Part shown: positions 1-8,547 of the stretch, one piece after another
How the letters are laid out: the number at the start of each line of letters is the position of its first letter
Numbering within the stretch: the first letter of the stretch is position 1
Assembly: GCA_002299865.1 (NCBI GenBank)
Contig: DBNV01000097.1
Coordinates: forward strand, 1,456 to 37,652
Source of the DNA: Desulfonatronaceae bacterium UBA663
GTDB taxonomy: Bacteria > Desulfobacterota > Desulfovibrionia > Desulfovibrionales > Desulfonatronaceae
Direction of reading: 5' to 3'
Length of the DNA: 36,197 nucleotides
Made by a program: the position numbers and the translations under genes
The notes under the pieces: generated by a model
Database searches by the model: none
The model's input: only the letters and a program-made list of their open reading frames with translations
What the model was told of the DNA's origin: nothing

Positions 1-1074
1 GAGCCGTTTAACGGCAAGCCGTTAAACGGCTCGCTCGTCTGCCGTCTGATCGCCTGGGAAGTGACCCGTTCCTGCAACCTGGCCTGCAAGCACTGCCGGG
101 CGGAAGCGCACATGGAGCCGTATCCCGGGGAATTCTCCACTAAGGACGCCAAGGCGCTCATCGACACCTTTCCCGAGGTGGGCGATCCGATCATCATTTT
201 CACCGGCGGCGAGCCGCTGCTGCGGCCCGACATCTTCGAACTGGTGCGCTACGCCGACGCCAAGGGTCTGCGCTGCGTCATGGCCCCCAACGGCACCCTG
301 ATCACGGCGGACACGGCCCGCCAAATGAAGGAGGCCGGCATCCAGCGGACCAGCATCTCCATTGACGGGCCTGACGCGGCAAGCCATGACGCCTTCCGCG
401 GGGTGGGCGGCGCCTTTGCCGGGGCCATGCGCGGCATTGAGCACCTCAAGGCCGTAGGCCTGCCGTTTCAGATCAATACCACAGTGACCCGGGGCAATCT
501 CAGTCAATTCAGGAAAATCTTCCGCCTGGCAGAGAGCCTGGGGGCCACGGCTTGGCATATCTTTCTGCTGGTACCCACAGGCCGGGGCGCGAATCTGGGC
601 CGGGAGGTGATCACGGCCCAGGAATACGAGGAAGTGCTCAACTGGTTCTACGATTTCCGAAAGACCACATCCATGCAGCTCAAGGCCACCTGCGCCCCCC
701 ATTACCACCGCATCCTGCGACAGCGGGCCAAAGCGGACCGCATCCCGGCGACCATGGACAACTTCGGTCTGGACGCGGTCAGCCGGGGCTGCCTGGGCGG
801 CACGGGGTTCTGCTTCATCTCACATACCGGGCAGGTCCAGCCCTGCGGCTACCTGGAGCTGGACTGCGGCCAGGTCCGGAAAACGCCGTTTCCGGAGATC
901 TGGAAAAAATCGCCCCAGTTTCTTGAGTTGCGGGATCAGAAGCAATATCAGGGCAAGTGCGGAGTCTGCGAGTTCCACCGCGTCTGCGCCGGGTGTCGAG
1001 CCCGGGCCATGACCATGAACGGGCACTATCTAGCCGAGGAACCCCTGTGCTCCTATCAACCCAGAAAAGTATGA
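1..1074 (+). CDS. ahbD: Radical SAM/SPASM heme b synthase (Fe-coproporphyrin III decarboxylase) AhbD; 5' end lies outside the window
   Basis: Frame is open from base 1 (EPFNGKPLNGSLVCRLIAWEVTRSCNLACKHC). Has the CxxxCxxC motif, TGGEP, and SPASM cysteines (CLGG..CFIS..VQPC; CGVCEFHRVCAGC). Directly followed by an ahbA-like gene, as in Desulfovibrio. Confidence 0.85.
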   Translation, partial: EPFNGKPLNGSLVCRLIAWEVTRSCNLACKHCRAEAHMEPYPGEFSTKDAKALIDTFPEVGDPIIIFTGGEPLLRPDIFELVRYADAKGLRCVMAPNGTLITADTARQMKEAGIQRTSISIDGPDAASHDAFRGVGGAFAGAMRGIEHLKAVGLPFQINTTVTRGNLSQFRKIFRLAESLGATAWHIFLLVPTGRGANLGREVITAQEYEEVLNWFYDFRKTTSMQLKATCAPHYHRILRQRAKADRIPATMDNFGLDAVSRGCLGGTGFCFISHTGQVQPCGYLELDCGQVRKTPFPEIWKKSPQFLELRDQKQYQGKCGVCEFHRVCAGCRARAMTMNGHYLAEEPLCSYQPRKV

Positions 1075-1553
1075 CGGTCCGCGCCATGGATGCCCTCGAC
1101 AAAAAAATCCTGGACCTGATCCAGACCGACTTTCCCCTTGATCCCCGACCCTACGCCAGGATCGGCGAACAATTCGAGCTGACCGAGGCCGAGGCCCTGG
1201 CCAGGGTGCGTACCCTCAAGGGCAAAGGCATCATCCGCCGCATCGGCGGGAATTTTCAGTCCCGCAAACTGGGCTGGACCAGCACCCTGTGCGCGGCCCA
1301 GGTGCCCGAGGACAGGCTGGACGAGTTCGTGGCCGAGGTGAACCGCCACCCCGGCGTGACACACAATTACCTGCGCCAGCACGCCTATAACGTTTGGTTC
1401 ACGTTGATCGCCCCGGGCGTGGACAAGGTCCGTGAAATCCTGGCAGGCATCACGGCCAAGACCGGCATTGAAATCTTGAATCTGCCCGCAGAAAAGACCT
1501 TCAAAATCAAGGTCGACTTTCCCATGTCGGACAGTGACAGCGAGCAGGAATAG
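1071..1553 (+). CDS. ahbA: Siroheme decarboxylase subunit AhbA (NirD/L-like, AsnC/Lrp fold)
   Basis: ATGA overlap with the ahbD stop (alternative ATG at 1086). Motifs DKKILDLIQTDFPLDPRPY, GIIRRIG and HPGVTHNYLR..YNVWFT are typical of Ahb/NirDLGH. Confidence 0.85.
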   Translation: MTVRAMDALDKKILDLIQTDFPLDPRPYARIGEQFELTEAEALARVRTLKGKGIIRRIGGNFQSRKLGWTSTLCAAQVPEDRLDEFVAEVNRHPGVTHNYLRQHAYNVWFTLIAPGVDKVREILAGITAKTGIEILNLPAEKTFKIKVDFPMSDSDSEQE

Positions 1554-1683
1554 CTGGTTTTGGAGGTCGGCCGGTGTCTAGCTCTGTAATGCATCTCACT
1601 GGACGATGGTTCCTGTAGTCATTCCACCAGTGAGGTTTCCGATATCGACTCCGCTAAAAGCAACGTGTCGAGATTCCACACCC

Positions 1684-3156
1684 TCACGCGAACTGTCTGC
1701 ATTCCTCCTCTTCCGTAAAGGAGCAGACCATGTTCCGCCCCTTGTTTTTGGCCCGGTACAGGGCCGCGTCAGCCTTGCCCAGAAGGTCGGCCGAGGAGGA
1801 AAATACTCCGGTTTGCAGGGAAGCCACGCCGATGCTCGCGGTGATCCTGAAAAAACGGCCCTTAAAATGAAACCGCCAGCCGGCAATGGACTCCCGGATG
1901 CGCTCGGCCAGAATCCAGGCCTGCTCCTCGGTGGTATTGGAAAGCAGGACCACGAACTCCTCGCCGCCGTATCTGGCCGGGGTGTCCGAGCTTCTTAAGC
2001 TGCTCATCAGAATCCGCCCCACATCCTCCAGAACCATGTCTCCGGCCTGGTGTCCGTGGGTATCGTTGAGCCGCTTGAAATGATCCAAATCCATCATCAG
2101 CAGGCTCAAGGGGTGGCCGTAGCGTTGATGGCGCTTCATCTCCTGCAGCAACCGCTCGTCAAAATACTGACGATTGGGCAACCGGGTCAGGGCGTCGCGG
2201 TCAGCCTTGATGCGCATTTCCCGATACAACAGGGCGTTGCGCAACGCCAAAGACAAATGGTTCACCGCCGCCAGGATGGTCTGCAAGCGGTCGCGGCCCA
2301 GCCGGGCAATCCTTTCCGAGGCGATGCAGATGCAGCCAAAACTTTGCCCGCCGAAACGCAACGGCAGAATCAGCATGTCCTCGTCCTTGACTTCCGTCAG
2401 ATCACGCATGGACTCGATGCGGGACATGAACGTAACGTGATAGGCTGTGATTTTTTCCTCCGCATGCCTAGCCGCGTGTTCCAGCAGGAATTGAATCAGC
2501 CTGTCCTGGATCGCCTTGCTGTCATGCTCATGGATAAATAGCTCCGCCTCCATGTTCCGGTCCCGACTCCTTTGCCAGAACACCGCATCGACGCTCTTGA
2601 CCTCCAGGAGAATGCGCAAATCTTCGTGGGCTTGATGCAGAATTTCAATGGGATCCAGCGAGAAGCTGGCTCTGGTCAGTATCTTATTGAAAAACTGCAA
2701 TAAATCCGCCTGACGAGAAAGAATCTCCCGCTCCAGGCAGATCTCCCGGGCCATATGGTAGAGGTCCTTGTAAATCCCTCGGGATTCTGCGGCATGATCC
2801 ACTAATTCCCTGATCCGTTCCGGCTCGAAGGGATAGCGGATCACGGCGGAAAAACCGGCGTCCACGATGCGTTCCAGGTCGGACTGGGCCACGGCAGCGT
2901 CCAGAATGAGCACGCGGGATGGGAAATCCTCGCGGGAAAAATAATTCCTGGTCAGGCCCGCCAACTGGCCGTTCATCCCTCTCCAGGAGACAAAAGCCAA
3001 AACAGCGCTGTTGGTCCCCGGCGAAAAGACCCCCTTGGCCCCGCCACCAAAACGCTCCAGGGCGTACTTGGACCCAAAGACGGCCTGCAGTTCCTCTTCC
3101 TCACGCGGATCAAGACCAATGGACAGAATCGCGACGCGTTGCTGATCAATATTCAT
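1684..3156 (-). CDS. Diguanylate cyclase (degenerate receiver-like N-terminus, GAF-like middle region, GGDEF domain)
   Basis: D.LT.LPNR, MMDLDHFKRLNDTHGHQAGD, intact RYGGEEF active site with an RxxD I-site (RSSD), and ADAALYRAKNKGRN. Confidence 0.9.
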   Translation of the reverse strand: MNIDQQRVAILSIGLDPREEEELQAVFGSKYALERFGGGAKGVFSPGTNSAVLAFVSWRGMNGQLAGLTRNYFSREDFPSRVLILDAAVAQSDLERIVDAGFSAVIRYPFEPERIRELVDHAAESRGIYKDLYHMAREICLEREILSRQADLLQFFNKILTRASFSLDPIEILHQAHEDLRILLEVKSVDAVFWQRSRDRNMEAELFIHEHDSKAIQDRLIQFLLEHAARHAEEKITAYHVTFMSRIESMRDLTEVKDEDMLILPLRFGGQSFGCICIASERIARLGRDRLQTILAAVNHLSLALRNALLYREMRIKADRDALTRLPNRQYFDERLLQEMKRHQRYGHPLSLLMMDLDHFKRLNDTHGHQAGDMVLEDVGRILMSSLRSSDTPARYGGEEFVVLLSNTTEEQAWILAERIRESIAGWRFHFKGRFFRITASIGVASLQTGVFSSSADLLGKADAALYRAKNKGRNMVCSFTEEEECRQFA

Positions 3157-3299
3157 TGCTGTTGATCTCCCCTTAAGAATGAAACTTCGTCACTCTCATT
3201 CCACAGGGCATTGCAAGTCTAGGGCCAAAACAATCGCCGTATTATTAACCCGCGCCCCGAATTTGACAAAACCTGCTTTTTGTTCTTTGTGGCATAGGC

Positions 3300-4979
3300 A
3301 TGGATGGACGCATGGATGCTCATGAACCGCGCATCTGGGGTACCCTGGACCCCTTTCTGGAATCGGGCCCGGCCTGGGGACGGAAAGTGGCCAATGAGCA
3401 ATTCCTCAGGGCCCTGTTGGCCCAGGACCCCTTTGACGCCTATCATTTTTTCCTGTCCACGCCAAAGCAGGTCTGCGATTTTCAAAACACTCTGGGCAAA
3501 AACTGGCCGGAATTACTTGCCGCAAAACGCCTCAAGGTTTTTTTGCGTCAGGATCTGCCCAGACTCATGCGCAGTCACACCTATTTCTGCTTTCATCTTT
3601 CGGACTGCATCAACAACCCTTCAAACCTGGCCAGGCTGCGCAACAACCTTGGCCGGAACATCTTTCCCATCTCCAGCATCACCCATTCCTTAAGCTATCC
3701 GGACTATCCGGGCCGGTTCCTGGACCATCTCTGGCCGGGCTGCACCCTAAGAGACTGCATCGTGGCCACGTCCAGGGCCGGGAAGAACGCGGTGGAGTCT
3801 TCCTTCCAGCTGCTGCGCGACCGCCTCGGTCTGGACCCGCGAGACCATCCCCAGCCAGGCGTGGAAATCATCCCCCTGGGCATGAATGAACCCTTTGCCT
3901 GGGACGCCCGGGCAATGCTGCGGCAAAAAGGCCGTGGGCGGCTCACCGCCAGCGGCCTCCAGGCTGACCCTGATCAGTGCGTCATGCTGATTCTGGGCCG
4001 GATCAGCCCGCATTCGAAAATGGATATGATCCCGCTATTGCGGGCCTGGCAACGCGCTTTTACCCAAAAACGTCCCCATGCCCTGCTGGTTGTCGCCGGC
4101 TGGATCGAGCAGGGAGACGACTTCCCGGGCCAGTTTCAGCACCTGGCGCGCAACGTGGGCCTACCCTGCCTGATCGTTCCCAGTCCGGACGAACAGACCA
4201 AGCGGGAACTCTACGCCGCCGCAGACCTGTTCATCTCCCTGGCCGACAATCCCCAAGAAACCTTCGGGCTGACCCTGCTGGAGGCCGCCCTGGCCGGGCT
4301 GCCCGTGATCGCCTCGGACTACAGCGGATACCGGGACCTGGTGGAGCATGACCAAACCGGCCTGCTCATTCCCACATGGGGCCCGGAGGATTCCGCGAAC
4401 ATCGACGCCCTGGCCGGACTGATTCCGGATTACGAGGTCCAGTTCCTTCTGGCCCAACAGACTGTGGTCCATATTCCGGATTTGGCCGAGGCCCTGCGCT
4501 CCCTCTGCGCTCAGCCGGAATTGCGCCAAGCCATGGGCGAACGCGGCAGGCGACGCGCCCTGACGTTGTTTTCCTGGCCCAAGGTCATCGAGAGCTACAT
4601 AAGCCTCTGGAACCGGCTCCGAAACCTGGACGCGCCTCGTCCTTCCCGTTGCGTCCCCAGGTCACTGGAGCTTTCCTACGCCCGCATGTTTTCGTTGTTT
4701 CCCAAAGCGACGCTAAAGCACAACGCCCGGATCCGGGTGACCAAGGCCGGCGCCAAGGTCCTGCGGGGGGAAGACTTTCCCGTGATCTACGCCGGCCTGG
4801 ACCATCTCGTGTCCATGGACGTCCTTCGGCCCCTGCTCTTTTTGGCCCGAAAACCGGAAACCATCGCCAGAATCAAGGAAAAGCTGGACGCCATGGATCC
4901 GCCGCTTGGTCCGCAGCGGATCGACTTCTGCATCCACTGGGCCATGAAGCACGATCTGCTGGAGATTGTGGTGCATTGA
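3300..4979 (+). CDS. Glycosyltransferase family 4 (GT-B fold) protein
   Basis: GRISPHSK, E-x7-E motif (QETFGLTLLEA), GLPVIASDYSGYRDLVEHDQTGLLIP. Start could be 3300 or 3312. Confidence 0.85.
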   Translation: MDGRMDAHEPRIWGTLDPFLESGPAWGRKVANEQFLRALLAQDPFDAYHFFLSTPKQVCDFQNTLGKNWPELLAAKRLKVFLRQDLPRLMRSHTYFCFHLSDCINNPSNLARLRNNLGRNIFPISSITHSLSYPDYPGRFLDHLWPGCTLRDCIVATSRAGKNAVESSFQLLRDRLGLDPRDHPQPGVEIIPLGMNEPFAWDARAMLRQKGRGRLTASGLQADPDQCVMLILGRISPHSKMDMIPLLRAWQRAFTQKRPHALLVVAGWIEQGDDFPGQFQHLARNVGLPCLIVPSPDEQTKRELYAAADLFISLADNPQETFGLTLLEAALAGLPVIASDYSGYRDLVEHDQTGLLIPTWGPEDSANIDALAGLIPDYEVQFLLAQQTVVHIPDLAEALRSLCAQPELRQAMGERGRRRALTLFSWPKVIESYISLWNRLRNLDAPRPSRCVPRSLELSYARMFSLFPKATLKHNARIRVTKAGAKVLRGEDFPVIYAGLDHLVSMDVLRPLLFLARKPETIARIKEKLDAMDPPLGPQRIDFCIHWAMKHDLLEIVVH

Positions 4980-4988
4980 TCCCCTTAA

Positions 4989-5478
4989 CTAGAGTTTAGA
5001 GTCTTCTATTGCCGACCTTATTCAAAAAGAGGGCGCAAAGATTCGTTCAGCCGCTAAAAGATGGCTGTTATTGGCAGAAAAAGTTTTAGCTGGTCTGAGA
5101 ATCAGGCTGCTTTTCGCGAATACTATTCTGAAATCGCTTCCGGGAAGACGACTTTTTGTTCTTTTCTGTCCCAGAAGTCCCGAACTCTGGAGTTGCGGAA
5201 AATCAGAGCCAGGGCTTTGGCGGTTCAGCCTTCGGATCTGGCAGCGAGATTGAAGCCACTTGCATAGGATTTTTGACCACTAGACTGGCATAGGGTTTTC
5301 TTGGACCATGAATTGGGGGTAAGTAAGACAAAGTCCCTAGGGGGTGTTCCATGAGCAAAGGTTGTTTTAGGCAGGCCGCCTTCGGCGGCCGCGCATTTTG
5401 TGTAAAATGTCCAGTGGTTTCGAAATAAAATTTTCATCTGCTTGCCAGGTGGATCTTTGCGGAGACTCTAAACTCTAG
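4989..5478. mobile_element. MITE-like non-autonomous element, 490 bp, with perfect 16-bp terminal inverted repeats
   Basis: CTAGAGTTTAGAGTCT (4989-5004) and AGACTCTAAACTCTAG (5463-5478) are exact reverse complements. Both ends read CTAG, a possible target duplication. No transposase ORF is recognisable inside. Confidence 0.65.
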
Positions 5479-5606
5479 ATCAATGATTTCAACGTGTTGA
5501 AATCGCCAGACAGCCAAAAATCGGGAAAAGTGTCGAACTCCGGCGGTAAGATAACACCAGCACCGCTGCAGCATCACCCAAGTCGGGTATTTGGATAGGA
5601 GAGTTT

Positions 5607-7652
5607 GTGCCCAAAGAGATTATAACGGTGTGCCCGTACTGTGGCGCGGGCTGCCAAATGGTGTTAACCGTAGAGGGAAATAAAATAGAAAAAGTGTCGC
5701 CTTTTGACAAAGGTGACCGGTATTTGTGTCCCAAGGGCCTAAAGGTTGCAGATTTTGTACACAGCCCCAAGCGGTTGCTCAAGCCGCTGGTCAGAGGGAG
5801 AAATGGCTTTCGGGAATGTTCTTGGGAAGAGGCGGTAGGGATTGTTGTCGCCAAACTTTCAGCGCTGAAAGAGCGATACGGAGCGGATAGCATCGGGTTT
5901 ATAGGCTCCGGTTGTTTTACCAACGAAGAAATATATAGTTATCAAAAATTTGTTCGGGCCGTGATCGGGACCAATAATATTGATAGTTGTGCGAGGATCT
6001 GCCATATTCCTTCGCTGAAAGCGCTGATGAAGTCTATCGGTAGTGCCACAATGAGCAACACCATCGGCGAAATTGTCGACACCAAGGTGATTTTTATTGC
6101 CGGCTATAATCCGACGGCTGCTCATCCGCGGCTGGCGTACAAAAGTATCAAACCAGCCAAGCAGCGGGGCAGTAAAATAATCGTAATGGACCCGCGGAGA
6201 ACGCCCATCGCCGAGTTGGCCGATGTGTTTTTACAACTTCGGCCCGGTGCCGAAATCCCGATTCTTAACGCCATGGCTCGAATTATCATCAAAGAGGGCT
6301 TGGTGGATCCTGGGTTTATAAGCAACCGAACTGTGGGTTACGAAGAATTAAAGCATAAAGTAGAGCCGTATACTCCGGAATATGCCGAAAAAATAAGTGG
6401 GGTGGCGGCCGAAAGCATCATTGAGGCCGCCAGACTTTATGCGACCGGCGACAGTTCAGTCGTTCTTTGGGGAATGGGCATGACCCAGCATGTGAGCGGG
6501 GTTGAAAATGTTTCCGCCCTCGTAAACTTGGTGTTGTTGACCGGTAATGTCGGTAAACCCAAGAGTGGCTTTAGTCCGGTGCGGGGGCAAAACAATGTGC
6601 AGGGAGCTTCCTTTCTTGGGGCCTTGCCGGATATCTTTCCGGGGTACAAGTTTGTTGGTGATCCAGCGGTGCGGCGGAAATTCGAGGAGTTTTGGGGCGT
6701 TGACCGCCTGCCGGAGAAAGTGGGTGCTACCTCTACTGAAGTTATTCCGGGTGTGCTGAATGGTAAAACCAGAATGCTTTATATTGCTGGCGAGAATCCC
6801 GCGATATCACAGGCAAATTTAAATATCACGAGAAAGGCATTGGCCGCAGTGGAGTTTTTGGTCGTTCAGGACATATTCATGACCGAGACGGCCGAATATG
6901 CCGACGTAGTACTTCCGGCCTGTACCTTCGCCGAAAAAGAGGGGACTTTTTTTCGGCTGGATCGGGCGGTGCAATTATTAAGTGCCGCTATTCCACCACG
7001 CGGTGAGAGTTTGCCCGACTGGCGGATAATTCAGATGATTGCGTCCGGGTTGGGGCACGCCGATTTGTTTCCCTACCAAAGCGCGACCGAGATTTGGGAT
7101 GAAATCAGAAAGGTGGTCCCGGGACTTGCCGGGATAACTCATCTTCGGTTGCAGGATGGTCAAGGGATACATATGCCGTGCCCGGACGAGTCTCATCCAG
7201 GTACTCCGGTCAGGTACACTGCCACTTTCCCGCAGCCCGGCGGCCGGGCGCGGTTTGTACCGGTGGAATTTGTTCCTTCCGCCGAGCTGACCGATGCGGA
7301 GTATCCGTTCTTGCTGACCACCGGCCGGGATCCACACCATTATAATACTGCCACCATGACCCGTCAGAGTCCGTATTTCACAAAACAGGTTGACCGGGCT
7401 TATCTGGAAATGCACCCCGAAGATGCCGAAAGATACGGATTGGCGGCCGGCGACCAGGTTGAAGTGGTCTCGCGCCGCGGGAAAACAACCCTGGTTATAA
7501 GAATTACCGATAAGGTCATGCGCGGGATGGGTTTTGCTCCTTTTCATTTCGGTGCGACGCCGATTAACTTGGTAACCAATGACGCTTTCGGCCCGGTGAG
7601 TAAAACTCCGGAGTACAAAGTTTGCGCAGTAAAACTTAAAAAACTGCTTTAA
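5607..7652 (+). CDS. fdhF: Cytoplasmic Mo/W-bis-PGD formate dehydrogenase catalytic subunit (FdhF-like, Cys-type)
   Basis: GTG start after GGAGAG. 4Fe-4S motif CPYCGAGC...LCPKG, active-site NNIDSCARICH (Cys-His), RGQNNVQG with the catalytic Arg, and C-terminal TPEYKVCAV. No Tat leader and no in-frame TGA. Confidence 0.85.
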   Translation: MPKEIITVCPYCGAGCQMVLTVEGNKIEKVSPFDKGDRYLCPKGLKVADFVHSPKRLLKPLVRGRNGFRECSWEEAVGIVVAKLSALKERYGADSIGFIGSGCFTNEEIYSYQKFVRAVIGTNNIDSCARICHIPSLKALMKSIGSATMSNTIGEIVDTKVIFIAGYNPTAAHPRLAYKSIKPAKQRGSKIIVMDPRRTPIAELADVFLQLRPGAEIPILNAMARIIIKEGLVDPGFISNRTVGYEELKHKVEPYTPEYAEKISGVAAESIIEAARLYATGDSSVVLWGMGMTQHVSGVENVSALVNLVLLTGNVGKPKSGFSPVRGQNNVQGASFLGALPDIFPGYKFVGDPAVRRKFEEFWGVDRLPEKVGATSTEVIPGVLNGKTRMLYIAGENPAISQANLNITRKALAAVEFLVVQDIFMTETAEYADVVLPACTFAEKEGTFFRLDRAVQLLSAAIPPRGESLPDWRIIQMIASGLGHADLFPYQSATEIWDEIRKVVPGLAGITHLRLQDGQGIHMPCPDESHPGTPVRYTATFPQPGGRARFVPVEFVPSAELTDAEYPFLLTTGRDPHHYNTATMTRQSPYFTKQVDRAYLEMHPEDAERYGLAAGDQVEVVSRRGKTTLVIRITDKVMRGMGFAPFHFGATPINLVTNDAFGPVSKTPEYKVCAVKLKKLL

Positions 7653-7700
7653 CCCTACAGCGCACGTTTTTACCGAAAAAAAGTTGCACTGTAAGGTAAA
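7649..7700. repeat. Short inverted-repeat element related to the 21526-21645 element; may also act as an RNA hairpin after fdhF
   Basis: ACCCTACAGCGCA (7652-7664) and TGCACTGTAAGGT (7685-7697) are reverse complements with 2 mismatches. Same TACAGCGCA/TGCACTGTA core as 21526-21645. Confidence 0.5.
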
Positions 7701-7757
7701 AACGGCAGAAAAAGGCCGATTGTATCCGGGCGGATGGTGTCAGAAACGAGGTTTTTT

Positions 7758-8543
7758 ATGAAGATTGCCATTAGCGGTAAGGGGGGGGTGGGGAAAACCC
7801 TGTTAGCCTCTTTTCTTGCCAAGGTATTTGCCGAGTCGGGTTATTCGGTCTTGGCAATTGATGCCGATCCGGATGCCAATTTGGCCGCCACCCTTGGTTT
7901 TCCCCAGGCCGAGAAGATAATCCCCATCTCCGAACTGGCCGGCCTAGTGCGAGAGCGGACTGGGGCCCAACCGGGCCAGTCCGGATCCTTGTTCAAATTG
8001 AATCCCAAAGTCGAGGACCTGCCGGAGAGGTATTGTCTGGAGCACAACGGCATCAGACTAATGGTGATGGGGCGTCTTAAAAAAGGGGGCAGTGGTTGCT
8101 ATTGCCCGGAAAGTATCTTGTTGAAAGCTCTGGTAAACCAGTTGCTCCTGGTTGGGAAGGAGGCTGTTATTTTGGACATGGAGGCCGGGATAGAACATTT
8201 GGGGCGGGCGACGGCCGGTGCGGTGGACAAACTGATTGTGGTGGTGGAACCAGGCCGACGAAGCATTGAGGCGGCCGAGAAAATTGAGCGTTTGGCCTGG
8301 GACATTGGTTTGCCGAATATCGCCGTGGTGGGGAATAAGCTTCGTAGCCAAGCCGAGCGGGATTTCCTGATCGACAGTCTCCCCGGCCGGGAATTTCTCG
8401 GCTTTATTCCTTATGACCCAGGGTTGGTAGCAGCCGATTTTGCCAACCGGTCCCTGATTGATTCCAGTCCACAGATTTTTGCCGCCGTAAACAATATCTA
8501 CCAATCTCTGTCGGCCGTTGCCAAAGCGCCGGAAGGAGGTTGA
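7758..8543 (+). CDS. cooC: CooC-family nickel-insertion ATPase (CODH maturation)
   Basis: MKIAISGKGGVGKT deviant Walker A, DADPDANL, CxC motif GCYCP, DMEAGIEHLGR. ATG at 7758 follows GAGG. Confidence 0.9.
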   Translation: MKIAISGKGGVGKTLLASFLAKVFAESGYSVLAIDADPDANLAATLGFPQAEKIIPISELAGLVRERTGAQPGQSGSLFKLNPKVEDLPERYCLEHNGIRLMVMGRLKKGGSGCYCPESILLKALVNQLLLVGKEAVILDMEAGIEHLGRATAGAVDKLIVVVEPGRRSIEAAEKIERLAWDIGLPNIAVVGNKLRSQAERDFLIDSLPGREFLGFIPYDPGLVAADFANRSLIDSSPQIFAAVNNIYQSLSAVAKAPEGG

Positions 8544-8547
8544 AGGT

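Noticed and set aside
5286-5302. Sigma54 promoter upstream of fdhF (TGGCATAGGGTTTTCT)
   Set aside because: The -24 GG is present but the -12 position reads TC rather than GC.
5061-5437. Short ORFs inside the 490-bp element as transposase remnants
   Set aside because: No DDE, HTH or HUH motifs are recognisable in the 60-70 aa translations.
5607-7652. Selenocysteine recoding in either FDH-like gene
   Set aside because: The active-site codon is TGC (6000-6002) in fdhF, the 16998-19643 gene has Leu at that position, and neither frame has an internal TGA.
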